A DNA stretch of 63,129 nucleotides, counting the filler. It is 5 parts of 5 records of this genome, joined end to end, with 100 filler letters (N's around TTAATTAATTAA, not from the genome) between each part and the next. Parts side by side here need not be neighbours in the genome. Positions count along the whole stretch, not along the records: positions 27,444 to 40,583 come from SRR31156797_1713; positions 40,684 to 55,408 come from SRR31156797_1718; 3 more parts are not named here. One strand, given 5' to 3'. Below, in pieces: positions 39,546-50,352 of this stretch; positions within the stretch are counted from its first letter, which is position 1, and the number at the start of each line of letters is the position of its first letter. Below the pieces are notes generated by a model that did no database searches, had not been told where the DNA came from, and saw nothing but the letters and a program-made list of their open reading frames with translations. The position numbers and the translations under genes were made by a program.

Positions 39546-40054
39546 TTTATCTCCCATTTATATCTTTTGTCATCTTTTACTTTTGAAAAGTATAAATCCC
39601 CTGTATTTCTCCAAGCATCTAAAACAATGCTATCTTCAAATTTCACATCATCCCTTGTTACTAGCAAGCTTGTGTGCTCAAAATATTCATTTTTATTTGA
39701 TATTATCTTAAGTATTTTAAAAGTTTTGTATTTTTTTGTTTTTAGATAAAACAATAAATCATTAGCATAGTGATAACACAAACCTCTTCTTTTTATATCT
39801 AAATTTATCAAAAAATTATGAAATAAAGCTGGAGGCACAACTTCATATTTGTTTGCTAAATATCTAGAATAATTAATAGAATTATATGCTAAAGTTTTTG
39901 CTTCATTTTTATTTATTTTTTCTGACAGATTTATTATTTGTTTTTCTAAAGCACTTATTTTAGGGTTTTTTTCATTTATAGGAAGCTTTTCATATTTTAC
40001 ACTACAAGCTGTAAAAAAGAATATTACGAAGATAAATATAAGAAAGTGTTTCAT
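39542..40054 (-). CDS. Hypothetical lipoprotein with Cys-His-Asp pattern (papain/transglutaminase-like)
   Basis: Lipobox FTAC; RGLCYHYA, EHTS, VLDAWR; fold is inference. Confidence 0.7.
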   Translation of the reverse strand: MKHFLIFIFVIFFFTACSVKYEKLPINEKNPKISALEKQIINLSEKINKNEAKTLAYNSINYSRYLANKYEVVPPALFHNFLINLDIKRRGLCYHYANDLLFYLKTKKYKTFKILKIISNKNEYFEHTSLLVTRDDVKFEDSIVLDAWRNTGDLYFSKVKDDKRYKWEIK

Positions 40055-40171
40055 TTTTTCTTTTACTCCTTGATTGACTATTATAATTTTATTTGATTAA
40101 ATTATACTTTACAAATAGTTTTTCTTTCGGTATAATCTGCAAAATTAGGGATTTCAAGAAAGTTTTATAAG

Positions 40172-40583
40172 TTGCAAGAATTACAAATTACAGAAGATAT
40201 TAAAAATTTAAACATTTCAAAGATCAAAAAAAATCTATTTTTTTATAAATATTCATCAAAAAATATCAAACCATTATTGAAAACAGAAAAAACTGATATC
40301 TCTTTGGAAGATATCGCTACATATAATAGTTTTAGAGGTGAAGTTTATGAAAATGTTATTTATGAACTATTGTTAGATTATGCAACGAATAATGAAACTA
40401 TAAAGTCATTTGTTCTAAAGGGACCACACCAAAATAAGATTGACAAATTCTACAAAACAGGTTTGATGATAGATAGAAGCCTTCAGATTGTTTATAAATC
40501 AAACTATAAAGATATAAGTGAATTTGATGCACTTTTTTTTACAGAAGATTCAATATATTTTGTTGAGATGAGTACTTCTAAAA
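40172..40583 (+). CDS. Hypothetical protein, possible PD-(D/E)xK-like fold (truncated)
   Basis: GEVYENVI ... EFDALF ... YFVEM pattern; runs into the linker. Confidence 0.55.
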
Positions 40584-40683
40584 NNNNNNNNNNNNNNNNN
40601 NNNNNNNNNNNNNNNNNNNNNNNNNNNTTAATTAATTAANNNNNNNNNNNNNNNNNNNNNNNNNNNNNNNNNNNNNNNNNNNN
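40584..40683. other. Artificial contig linker
   Basis: N44-TTAATTAATTAA-N44. Confidence 0.99.
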
Positions 40684-40979
40684 GAACAACAATAGTCTAC
40701 TAAAGAAGTTACTCTTAGCTTATATTTTGAGTTTTGTGCAATTTTAATACTTGCAGGTGCAACATATTCAACCCAGTCTTCTGCTGGTAGCATAACTTCT
40801 AATTTTCCTGTATTAATGTCGATAGTTGATTTGTTAACTGTGTTTAACTCATATTCTCCAGGTAACATAATACCTAATGTCATTTTACTACCATCGTCAA
40901 AAGTAATACTTCTACTTGTGATATTACCATCATATAAAATATTTGCCTCTTTTGCAATAGTAACGTTAGTAAATTCCAT
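40684..40979 (-). CDS. ppnP: Pyrimidine/purine nucleoside phosphorylase PpnP (DUF1255), 3' truncated
   Basis: ANILYDGNITSRSITFDDGSKMTLGIMLPGEY...VDYCC; start MEFTN at 40979. Confidence 0.85.
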
Positions 40980-41092
40980 CAAATTTCCCTTTTCTAAAAA
41001 TATATTTGAGTATATTACCATAAGTTTTATTTGAAGCAAATTTCTATTTTTAATTTGATATAATTTTTTAACTCAAAAAAATAGAAAGTTTT

Positions 41093-41710
41093 ATGCAAGG
41101 CTACATAATAGATATAAAAACTGTCAAAGATGATGATTTGATAGTATCAATTTTAACAGAAAATCATATTTATACTTCATACAGGTTTTATGGTGCCAGA
41201 CACTCAAATATCAATGTAGGATATAAAATTGACTTTGAATTAGAAACAAATATGAAAAGTACAATTCCTAGACTAAAAGATGTAATTCAACTAGGATTTC
41301 AATGGATTTTTGAAACAGAAAAACTCTACTGTTGGCAAAGATTTATTAAGCTTTTTTATCCCCATTTAAAAGATGTAGAAACAGTAGATGATTTCTACTT
41401 TAAACTTTTAGATGATTTATCACATAAAATGATAAAAGAAAATCCCAAGAGAGCTATTACTAAAGCATATTTATATCTAATAGAATATGAAGGTAGACTT
41501 CATACTGATTTTCAATGCTTACTTTGTGAGCAAGAGATAAAAAAAGAGATATCATTAGTAAGAAGTTTTATGCCTGTACATCCTGCTTGTAGTTATAGCA
41601 GGAAATTTAAACTTTCAAAAATCAAAGAGCTTTTTGAAAATAAAAGGGTAATAAACCTTGATGATGATGAGATTGATTATCTTTGGAAAATTTTACTTCA
41701 AGGTTTATAG
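41093..41710 (+). CDS. recO: Campylobacterota-type recombination protein RecO
   Basis: MQGYI, YRFYGARHS, GYKIDF, EYEGRLH, CLLC...HPAC zinc site. Confidence 0.9.
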   Translation: MQGYIIDIKTVKDDDLIVSILTENHIYTSYRFYGARHSNINVGYKIDFELETNMKSTIPRLKDVIQLGFQWIFETEKLYCWQRFIKLFYPHLKDVETVDDFYFKLLDDLSHKMIKENPKRAITKAYLYLIEYEGRLHTDFQCLLCEQEIKKEISLVRSFMPVHPACSYSRKFKLSKIKELFENKRVINLDDDEIDYLWKILLQGL

Positions 41711-41713
41711 TTT

Positions 41714-43447
41714 TTAGTTAACTTGATGATTAAACTCAGGAACTATCTCTTTTAACTTTTCAAGTTTTTTATCTGATGTTAAAAGCTCTCTTATATCTTG
41801 GTTTAGTTTTTCTATATCATAAGTAGATTTCCCAGCAACTGTTATAGACTCATATTCAGTTTTCATATCTGTATCATTTATCAATAACTCTTCATAAAGT
41901 TTTTCTCCAGGTCTTAATCCACAAAACTCTATTTGAATCTCTTTTCTTCCACTAAGTTCAATCATCTTTTTTGCTAAATCTACAATCTTGATTGGTTCAC
42001 CCATATCAAGTATAAATATCTCTCCACCTTTTCCAATACTAGCAGCTTGTAAAACTAACTCGCAAGCTTCTGGAATAAGCATAAAATATCTTGTGATATC
42101 TGGATGTGTTACAGTAATAGGTCCCCCACTTTGTATTTGCGATTTAAATTTTGGTATTACTGAACCTGAACTTCCCAATACATTTCCAAATCTAACTGCA
42201 ACTATTTCTGTTTTTTCACTCTTTACATTTTGTGCATAAAGTTCACAAATTCTTTTTGTAGTTCCCATTACATTTGTTGGTCTAACTGCTTTATCAGTTG
42301 AGATTAAAACAAATTTTTCAACCTTGTATTTGATAGATAAATCAATACAATTTTTTGTACCAATAACATTATTTGAAATACCCTCTAGAATATTATCTTC
42401 AACTAAAGGTACATGTTTATAAGCTGCTGCGTGTATAACAATCTGAGGTTTATGTTTTTTGAAAGTTTGTTCTATAAAACCAAAGTTTCTAACTGTCTGC
42501 ATAACTGGGATTACTATGTCGCTGTTTAACTCTTCAACTATGCTATAAAGGTTGTATTCACTGTGGTCTAAAAGTATTAGTTGTTTTGCTCCGAACTTTT
42601 TACACTGTCTTGATATCTCACTTCCTATACTTCCACCTGCTCCAGTGATTAAAACAACTTTGTCTTTGATAAATTTTTCGATTTTGTTTTTATCTAAATC
42701 TTTTGGATATCTTGCAAGTAAATCTTCTACTGAAATATCTTTTAATTGTTTTGTAAAATCTTTGTCTCTTAAAATATTTTCAATAGAGGGTAATACTTTT
42801 ACCTCATCAAAGTATCTACTCATATCAGTATAAACATCATTTATCTCACTATTTTTTGCACTTGGCATTGCTATAACTAGAAGATTATACTTCTTTTTGT
42901 CTAACATCTTTTCTTTGAATTTTTCTCTTGATAAAATTCTTATTGCATCAATACTTCTGTTTTGAATAATCTTATCATCATCAATGAAATATCTTACTTT
43001 ATACTCACTATTTCTAAACTCTTCTTCAAGCTTGATTCCTGCTTTTCCTGCACCAAAGATAATAACTCTTTTTGTCTTTTGAATCTTGCTTCTATTTATG
43101 ATGTAATAATATGAATACATCAAAAAGTTAATAGAGAAAAGGTATAAAAATAATTCAGATGCCATAAGAGCAAATCTAACTTGCCCATGGAATATAGGAG
43201 CATAAATAAAAAATGGAACTATATAAACTATACTTTTAAGAATAAAAGTTTTTTGAGTAGCCTTACTCCAAGAAAGAGAATAATCTTTAAAAAGTAATAT
43301 TGAAGATATCATTCTTAAAATCACTACTGATATTACTAATGTAAAGTCAAAGTGATGATGAAAAATAAAAAAAGTCCAAGAAAAAGAGAATAGAGATAAT
43401 ACTATAATTACTAAAAAATTTAAGATTCGTTTGTCTGTTCTGAACAT
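41714..43447 (-). CDS. UDP-GlcNAc 4,6-dehydratase (PglF/WbpM/CapD family)
   Basis: N-terminal TMs; IFGAGKAG, ISVEDLL, ITGAGGSIGSE, HAAAYKHVP, ISTDKAVRPTNVMG, RFGNVLGSSGSV, GLRPGEKLYEEL. Confidence 0.95.
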   Translation of the reverse strand: MFRTDKRILNFLVIIVLSLFSFSWTFFIFHHHFDFTLVISVVILRMISSILLFKDYSLSWSKATQKTFILKSIVYIVPFFIYAPIFHGQVRFALMASELFLYLFSINFLMYSYYYIINRSKIQKTKRVIIFGAGKAGIKLEEEFRNSEYKVRYFIDDDKIIQNRSIDAIRILSREKFKEKMLDKKKYNLLVIAMPSAKNSEINDVYTDMSRYFDEVKVLPSIENILRDKDFTKQLKDISVEDLLARYPKDLDKNKIEKFIKDKVVLITGAGGSIGSEISRQCKKFGAKQLILLDHSEYNLYSIVEELNSDIVIPVMQTVRNFGFIEQTFKKHKPQIVIHAAAYKHVPLVEDNILEGISNNVIGTKNCIDLSIKYKVEKFVLISTDKAVRPTNVMGTTKRICELYAQNVKSEKTEIVAVRFGNVLGSSGSVIPKFKSQIQSGGPITVTHPDITRYFMLIPEACELVLQAASIGKGGEIFILDMGEPIKIVDLAKKMIELSGRKEIQIEFCGLRPGEKLYEELLINDTDMKTEYESITVAGKSTYDIEKLNQDIRELLTSDKKLEKLKEIVPEFNHQVN

Positions 43448-44409
43448 TAAGAAAAAGCCTTTTTATAATCAATAAATTTCATTATACAATATAATAATAC
43501 TAAAGATAATAAAAATCCAACAAAAATATTAGTAATAAAATATACTATACAAAACAATAAAAGATTAATAACTATCGAATAGTTAGTTACTTTAAAATGG
43601 CTCCATCCTGCTTGGTTTAGTCTTTGATAAGCATGTTTTTTATGGGCTTGGCTTAGTTTTTCTTTATTTAGTTTTCGTCTTATCAAAGTTAATGTTGCGT
43701 CAAACCAATATAAAGAAAATAGTATTATCCATATCCAAAAATTTGAAGAATCTTGATTGGAATAATATATTGTAAATATTGCAATATTGTACCCTAAAAG
43801 AGTGCTTCCTACATCTCCCATAAAGATTTTTGCTTTGTTAAAATTCCAAAATAAAAAACCTAAAACACAAACTGTAAGAATTAAAAAATAGTTATCACTA
43901 AATAATAAAAAACCTGCTATAGATAAAAACACGGCTTCACTTCCCGCATAGCCATTTATCCCATCAAGAAAATTATAGAGGTTTATAAACCAGATTATCA
44001 TCAAAAAAGCAAAAAAATTAGTTAAAATATTATTTTGAACATCAAGAATACCAAAAGTTAAAGTATCAAATCCACCTAAAAAATATAAACCAAGTATAGC
44101 CACAAAAGCTTGAACTGCTAGTCTTAGTTTTGCACTCAGTTCAAATATATCATCAAAAAAACTAACTATGCTAATTATAGCTCCAGTTAAAAGTGCATAA
44201 AAAAGATTTGATTCAATCTCATTTGTAAAAAACAAATAAAACAATCCAATAAACCAAGTAATAGCTAAAGCAATACCACCTCCATGAGGAATAGGAGTAG
44301 TATGAGAACTTCTTTCAGTTACTTCTGCTAAAAGTGATTTTTTGATTGCATAGTTTTTTATAAAATATGTTAAAGCAAATGAAGCTAATAATAAAAAAAT
44401 ATAAATCAT
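43447..44409 (-). CDS. MraY/WecA-family undecaprenyl-phosphate sugar-1-phosphate transferase (WbpL-like)
   Basis: RSSH..P.P.GGG, FFDD, NLYNFLDGING, IFMGDVGS, HKKHAYQRL. Confidence 0.92.
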   Translation of the reverse strand: MIYIFLLLASFALTYFIKNYAIKKSLLAEVTERSSHTTPIPHGGGIALAITWFIGLFYLFFTNEIESNLFYALLTGAIISIVSFFDDIFELSAKLRLAVQAFVAILGLYFLGGFDTLTFGILDVQNNILTNFFAFLMIIWFINLYNFLDGINGYAGSEAVFLSIAGFLLFSDNYFLILTVCVLGFLFWNFNKAKIFMGDVGSTLLGYNIAIFTIYYSNQDSSNFWIWIILFSLYWFDATLTLIRRKLNKEKLSQAHKKHAYQRLNQAGWSHFKVTNYSIVINLLLFCIVYFITNIFVGFLLSLVLLYCIMKFIDYKKAFS

Positions 44410-45260
44410 AAATCTTCACCTTTTATCATAAGTTTTATTCCCTCTTCAACTGTGTATGGGTTTTTAAGATTTAGTTTTTCTTTAGTGATAGTATTGTCAA
44501 CTTCTAAACTGCCATAAAGTCTTTTATGAAAAGATGGTTTAAATAACTTTAAAAAAGTCTCAAAAAATGGTACTTTTACTAAATAAACTTTTTTATCTAA
44601 ATTTTTTGCAATAAGTTTTATAAGTTTTGAAGTGCTAATTGGCTTATCATCTGAAGCTAGGAATATTCCTGATTTTTGTTGAGTTATGATTTCATCTATA
44701 ACATAGCATACATTTTGAATCGATATAAAAGTTCTTTTATTATCAATTCCACCAAGAGGAATAATAGGTAGCTTTTTTATTAATTTAATTAAGCTATTAA
44801 TATTACCTGGTGCATTTTTACCATATACCATAGGAAGTCTTATAATACTGACTTTAAAATCTTCATCATTTAAATTCAAAAGTTGTTTTTCTGCTTCTAG
44901 TTTACTTTTTCCATAAGGTGTAAGTGGATTACAAATAGTATTTTCATCTAAGGTTTCTTTATCACTATCATAGACTGAAACTGAGCTTATAAATATGAAT
45001 TGTTTTATACCATTTTTTTTTGCTAGTATTGCTAACTTTATGGGATATTTTACGTTAATATCATAATATTTTTCAAAAGAATATTCAATTTTTTGATGAA
45101 CTAATGCTGCACAGTGTAATATAACATTTATATTTTTAAAATTTATATTTTCAATATTTTCAGTTAATAATGAAAACTTTTCAAACTGTATTTTATTTTC
45201 ATATTTTTTTATAATACTAGTACCAAGGTAGCCACTTGCTCCTGTTAATAAAACATTCAT
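44406..45260 (-). CDS. NAD-dependent epimerase/4-reductase (WbpK/WbpV-like)
   Basis: LTGASGYLG, HCAALVH, FISS, YGKSK, IRLPMVYG. Confidence 0.88.
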   Translation of the reverse strand: MNVLLTGASGYLGTSIIKKYENKIQFEKFSLLTENIENINFKNINVILHCAALVHQKIEYSFEKYYDINVKYPIKLAILAKKNGIKQFIFISSVSVYDSDKETLDENTICNPLTPYGKSKLEAEKQLLNLNDEDFKVSIIRLPMVYGKNAPGNINSLIKLIKKLPIIPLGGIDNKRTFISIQNVCYVIDEIITQQKSGIFLASDDKPISTSKLIKLIAKNLDKKVYLVKVPFFETFLKLFKPSFHKRLYGSLEVDNTITKEKLNLKNPYTVEEGIKLMIKGEDL

Positions 45261-46361
45261 TTAATCACCAAAGTATAATTTGTATAGTTGTTTATTAGTT
45301 ATCTCTGATAAAAATAAATCATTCACTCTTTTTTTAGCATTATCACCATAAGCTCTAACTAATCTTTCATTTTTATATAGTTTTACTATTGCCTCTGCCA
45401 ATTGCTTTGAACTATTTATCTGCACAGTTAAACCTGTCTGTTCATTAAGACTTACCCAAGGTACACCTGTAGGTAAATTTGTATTAATTACAGGCTTTGA
45501 ATATATCATTGACTCCAACTGTAAAATTCCAAATGCCTCGCTAGGAAAAGTTGAAGGGAATACCATAAATTTTGAGTTTTTTAATAAATATTTTTTTTCA
45601 TTTTCGGTAACAAATCTGTTAATTAATAAAATATTTTTTTTACTCTTTTTAACTTTTTCTTTTATCTCTTCTGTTAGTTCACCATTTCCAACTATTAAAA
45701 AAGGGATATCTTCTTTGATTTGTTCGATAGAATCTAAAAGTACAAATATTCCTTTATAATAAGAAAATCTTCCTAAAAACAACACATAATCTTTTGGCAA
45801 ATCTTTAAATTTTATATCATCAAATTTTTTATTTGTGTACTCCTCTTTGTTAATTGATAAAGGAATAGTTAAAACTTTACTTTTAAATTCTTTTAATATG
45901 TTAGAAAACTCTATAAGACTATCAGATGTTGATATTATTTTTGTAGCTTTTTGACAAAGCTTTTTTTGAAAAAACTCAAAAAATTTTTTTATACTTTTTT
46001 GTTTTATAATATCACTATGCCAAGTTACAAATATTTTTTTTGATTTTGGTATAAATAAACTTCCTATCGTAGCCAAAGGAAAGGGTTCATGAAAATGTAT
46101 AAATTCAGCTTTTTTAGTTAAAAAAAATAAATAAAAGAAAAATACAATAGACACTGGCATTGACATAAAAGTACCTAAGGAAGCGCATCTATATACTACA
46201 ACACCATTAATATTTTCTATTTTAGTCTTAAGAGAAAAATTTCTATTGACACATAAAACAGTTACCTTCTCATAATTTTTTAAATATTCACTATATTCTT
46301 TTACGACTGTTTCTACACCACCAATATCAGGAGAATACATTTTATTTATTTGCAATATCAT
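45261..46361 (-). CDS. GT4-family glycosyltransferase (WbpZ-like)
   Basis: GGVE, HFHEPFP, TWHSDI, FLGRFSYYKG, EAFGILQLESM. Confidence 0.9.
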   Translation of the reverse strand: MILQINKMYSPDIGGVETVVKEYSEYLKNYEKVTVLCVNRNFSLKTKIENINGVVVYRCASLGTFMSMPVSIVFFFYLFFLTKKAEFIHFHEPFPLATIGSLFIPKSKKIFVTWHSDIIKQKSIKKFFEFFQKKLCQKATKIISTSDSLIEFSNILKEFKSKVLTIPLSINKEEYTNKKFDDIKFKDLPKDYVLFLGRFSYYKGIFVLLDSIEQIKEDIPFLIVGNGELTEEIKEKVKKSKKNILLINRFVTENEKKYLLKNSKFMVFPSTFPSEAFGILQLESMIYSKPVINTNLPTGVPWVSLNEQTGLTVQINSSKQLAEAIVKLYKNERLVRAYGDNAKKRVNDLFLSEITNKQLYKLYFGD

Positions 46362-46365
46362 TATT

Positions 46366-47358
46366 TTAACTCTTTTTAATTATATCAAATACTTCTTCTG
46401 GTTTATATGTCATCATACACTTATTATTAGTACACTTTACAAACCCTTTACCATTATAACAAGGTGCACATTCTGGTAATCTGTTATAATCTGATAAAGC
46501 AATACTCTGACTTAAACCTTTTGGAATACGTGCTATATCTAAAACTGGACCAAATATTGATATTGTCTTTGTATTTGAAAGCAATAAAGACATATGTAAA
46601 GGCCCTGAGTCGTGAGTAACTACAACATCAGCATCATTTATGATTGAAATCGTCTCTAACAAGTTAGTTTTTCCTACTAGATTTTCTACTTTACTTGAAA
46701 AATATTCATTTATCCATTCATCTGATTTTGCACCAGAAACTATTACATGGTAATCTAACTTCAAAAGTAATTCTGATAATTCAGAATAATACTCTATAGG
46801 CCATCTTCTTAAATATTGTTCGCTTAATGTATTATTTGCTCCACCAGGAAACAATAAAATAATTTTTTTTTCCTGACTTAAACTTTTTTTATTTTCAAAA
46901 GTTGTTTTTGGGAATTCTATTCCATTATTTCTAACATATTCTTCTGATGTAGCTAAGACACAATAATCTACACCATGATACCTTGTTCCTAAAGGTAAAA
47001 ATTCATTTGGTTTACTTCCAAAAGAGACTCTATTTTTGTTTTTAAAAGGATATAGTAAGTTATATCTCCAATCTGAATGCCCAACAATTACTTTATCAAA
47101 TTTTTTTAAATACAATTGTTTCCACAATGTCAAAAAAATACTTATCTTATTAAAAATATTCCCTTTAAAAAGCTTATTTTCATCAAAACTTACAATGTTA
47201 TCAATTCCGTCAATTTTTTCAAGAATTGGCTTTACTTGATTTCCACAAACCCAAGTTAAAGTTATATCTTTACCATAAAAATTCCTTAATGATTTTATCA
47301 TATGCAGAGACATCAAAACATCCCCAATAGCTTGAACTTTTATTACTAAAATATTCAT
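46366..47358 (-). CDS. GT9-family (heptosyltransferase-like) glycosyltransferase
   Basis: ILVIKVQAIGDV, FPGGA, RRWP, NLVGKTNL, THDSGPLH, IFGP, CAPC; start MNILV at 47358. Confidence 0.88.
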   Translation of the reverse strand: MNILVIKVQAIGDVLMSLHMIKSLRNFYGKDITLTWVCGNQVKPILEKIDGIDNIVSFDENKLFKGNIFNKISIFLTLWKQLYLKKFDKVIVGHSDWRYNLLYPFKNKNRVSFGSKPNEFLPLGTRYHGVDYCVLATSEEYVRNNGIEFPKTTFENKKSLSQEKKIILLFPGGANNTLSEQYLRRWPIEYYSELSELLLKLDYHVIVSGAKSDEWINEYFSSKVENLVGKTNLLETISIINDADVVVTHDSGPLHMSLLLSNTKTISIFGPVLDIARIPKGLSQSIALSDYNRLPECAPCYNGKGFVKCTNNKCMMTYKPEEVFDIIKKS

Positions 47359-47359
47359 G

Positions 47360-48367
47360 CTATAAAGATATTCTTTCTTCAAATTCTTTTTTAAAGCTAC
47401 TAATTATTCTATCTTTTGTTAATAATTTAAATTCTTCATTACTATTATACAATAATTCCTCTACCTCTTTTGAAGAAGATATTAATATTTTTAATATTCT
47501 ATCTGACCACTCATCAAGATTATTAAGATTAAGAATTAATTCATCTGGTAATACTTCTTTACTTCCAACATTAGTAGAAACTATAGGTACAACACCACTT
47601 AAAGATGCTTCAGCTACAGCTAAAGGAAAAGCATCATATTTAGCTGGAGCAATTAGTATTTTTGTTTTTTTATAAACATCTTCTATATTACAAAAACCTA
47701 ACCCAACTATATTTTCATCATCATAATGCAAGTATTCTGTGCCACTTCCAGCTAAAAACAATTTAATATTTGGAATACTTTTTTTAACTTTTTTAAATAT
47801 TTTAATAGCTTCATCAAGTCCTTTTACAAAACCAGTGTCATTAGGTCTTTCAATAACAAATAAGATATTATTTTCTTTTTCGCTAAACTCAGAAAACTTA
47901 AAACATTCTATTCTATTTACAGGATATCTTAAAATACTATAGCTTATATCTTTACCCAAGTGTTTTTTTGCATCCTCTGCAACCATTTTTGATATAACAA
48001 AATAATGAGAAACGGTTTTTTTCTTCATTTTCATTCTAAATTTGAAAAAAAGTTTTTGAATAAAAGATTTTCTATCGTCAAAGAAAAAAGCGGGTTCAGG
48101 AACAATAATATATAGCTTAGAACTTGGATATCTTCTCTTTAAAAAGAATCCAACCCAAAAAAGCATGCCACCTTCTATCAAGTAATTTCTTGCTTCAGGA
48201 ATTTCTTTTGATGTAATCCAAGCTTTTAATAAAAGCCAAAATGGATTTAAGATGCTACCTCCATGAAAACCTCTAAAATCAAAATTATAATCAATTTTTG
48301 TTATACTTCTTGATAATTCTACAGAAGTCGCATGTCTTCCTCTATGAATTCCTATTGTTTCAATCAT
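47360..48367 (-). CDS. GT-B glycosyltransferase (GT4-like)
   Basis: VKGLD, LAGSG, PAKYDAFPLAVAEA, STNVGSKE. Confidence 0.82.
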   Translation of the reverse strand: MIETIGIHRGRHATSVELSRSITKIDYNFDFRGFHGGSILNPFWLLLKAWITSKEIPEARNYLIEGGMLFWVGFFLKRRYPSSKLYIIVPEPAFFFDDRKSFIQKLFFKFRMKMKKKTVSHYFVISKMVAEDAKKHLGKDISYSILRYPVNRIECFKFSEFSEKENNILFVIERPNDTGFVKGLDEAIKIFKKVKKSIPNIKLFLAGSGTEYLHYDDENIVGLGFCNIEDVYKKTKILIAPAKYDAFPLAVAEASLSGVVPIVSTNVGSKEVLPDELILNLNNLDEWSDRILKILISSSKEVEELLYNSNEEFKLLTKDRIISSFKKEFEERISL

Positions 48368-48394
48368 ATTATTCCTTAATGTCTTTTTTATCTT

Positions 48395-49219
48395 TTATAG
48401 ACTTAATTCAACTTTTAAATAGTCATATATTTCTATAAATTTCTTTTTTCCAACTAAATTTATTAATAACTGATTATCGGCTGTTGAAACCTTTAATTCA
48501 CTTTTAGTGATATTATTTATCAAAATTTCAATATTATTATTTTTTAAAAAATCAATAATACTTTTAACAGACACACCATTTCCAGTACCTATATTCAAAA
48601 AAGGAATATTTTTACTTCTTAAAAGTTTTAAATATATTTCTACAACATCATCTATATGAACAAAATCTCTTATTGCATTACCATTATTTACAATATTGAG
48701 AATTTTTTTATTTTTATAACTACTTAGGATTTTACTAATTATTGAAAAATTGTCATCTCCACCATACATATTAAATACTCTAGTAATTGTATATTCTATT
48801 TTATTTTCTAAACAAAATTTTTCTATAAGCTTTTCATTTGTAACCTTTAAAGAAGCATGAAGACTTATAGGCTTTAACTCATCCTTTTCATTACAAAATA
48901 TATTGTTACCATAAACTGAGCTACTACTAGTATAAATTATTTTATTGATTTTAATATTATGAGTTTTAAAATAATCGAGTAACTTTGCAGTAATTCCAAT
49001 TGAATTAACTATATACTGCTCTGCACTTTCCAGCTCATTTAAAAATACTGCTGGTTGAAAGTTATTAAAAATTATATTTAAACTACTATTATTCCATTTA
49101 TCTAAAATACCTAAATTTTTGATTAAGTCTCTTGAAGAAATAAGCTCGCTATTTTTAATTTGATTATTTATCTTAATTGATAAATTACTATTTTTACCTA
49201 TTATTAATGTTTTAACCAT
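48395..49219 (-). CDS. Atypical NAD-dependent epimerase/dehydratase
   Basis: YTSSSSVYG, RVFNMYG, RDFVHIDD, NIGTG; degenerate glycine motif (IIGKNSNLS) and HASLK in place of YxxxK. Confidence 0.8.
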   Translation of the reverse strand: MVKTLIIGKNSNLSIKINNQIKNSELISSRDLIKNLGILDKWNNSSLNIIFNNFQPAVFLNELESAEQYIVNSIGITAKLLDYFKTHNIKINKIIYTSSSSVYGNNIFCNEKDELKPISLHASLKVTNEKLIEKFCLENKIEYTITRVFNMYGGDDNFSIISKILSSYKNKKILNIVNNGNAIRDFVHIDDVVEIYLKLLRSKNIPFLNIGTGNGVSVKSIIDFLKNNNIEILINNITKSELKVSTADNQLLINLVGKKKFIEIYDYLKVELSL

Positions 49220-49266
49220 AATTTGATAAATACTTTCCTACACAAATTTCTAATAATTCACCCATA

Positions 49267-50352
49267 TCAAGACCTCATCGTATTTTTAAATACTTTTATA
49301 AAATCATCTGTCATTCTTTTATTTGAAAACTTTTCTTGTATATATTGTTTTCCATCACTTATCATAAAATCATTATCTATTATAAACTTTATATTATTTA
49401 AATACTCTTCATCATCATTTGATAAAAAACCATTTATCTTATCTAAAATAATTTCTTTAGGTCCTCCATTATTATATGCAACAACTGGTGTATTTTGTGA
49501 TAAAGATTCCATTGTTGTTACACCCAGAGGTTCTGCTTTTGGTAAAAATAAAAAAGCTTTAGTGTTTTTATAAAGATAAAACTTTTCATCTTCATTTATT
49601 CCACCAACGTATAAAATATTTTTATATTTTTTTTCTAAGTTCTTTATATAAGATATATCATTCCCTTTTCCAGCAATAACTAGGGGAATTCCTTCTTTTT
49701 CAAGATACTTGGATATTTTTTCTAGAAATTCTATATTTTTATGTTTCTCTATTCTTGATAAAGAAAAAATAAATTCTTTATGAGCTAAGCTTTTTATATA
49801 TTCAGAAACATTATTAATATCAATTTTTTCTTTTATTTCCACCCCTGATCTTATTACTAAAGATTCAGTATTAAAATAGCTATCTATTGAAGTTGCTGTA
49901 AAAGTTGAATTTGCAATTATAAGATTAAAATAATTTGCTAAAAATTGCTCTACTCTATAATAGGCTTTCCATACAAATCCCTTTTTTCTTCCTAGCAGTG
50001 TTGCAACCTCATTACATACCCAAATTGTTTTAATTTTTTTGTTAAAAAGAAACTTATATAAACATACAGGTATATTTGCAGGATAGTTATGAGAAACTAT
50101 TAAATCATAATTTTTCTCTTTTAATTTTTTTATAACTAAATTAAACCATTTAAGTTTATTTTTCTCATTTAAATTGATTATATTTAGGCTATTGTCAATC
50201 AACTCACTAAACGTTCCTTCTTTATTATACTCCTTTACTATAATATCTACACTATAATTTAAACCTTGTAATTCTTTTGAAATCAATATAAGTTTACGTT
50301 CTGCACCACCTCTTTCAAATAAATTAGGATGTACCATTGCTATTTTTTGCAT
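49267..50352 (-). CDS. GT4-family glycosyltransferase
   Basis: HPNL..GGAER, ANS, SRIEKHKN, EPLGVTTMES, GGPKE. Confidence 0.9.
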   Translation of the reverse strand: MQKIAMVHPNLFERGGAERKLILISKELQGLNYSVDIIVKEYNKEGTFSELIDNSLNIINLNEKNKLKWFNLVIKKLKEKNYDLIVSHNYPANIPVCLYKFLFNKKIKTIWVCNEVATLLGRKKGFVWKAYYRVEQFLANYFNLIIANSTFTATSIDSYFNTESLVIRSGVEIKEKIDINNVSEYIKSLAHKEFIFSLSRIEKHKNIEFLEKISKYLEKEGIPLVIAGKGNDISYIKNLEKKYKNILYVGGINEDEKFYLYKNTKAFLFLPKAEPLGVTTMESLSQNTPVVAYNNGGPKEIILDKINGFLSNDDEEYLNNIKFIIDNDFMISDGKQYIQEKFSNKRMTDDFIKVFKNTMRS

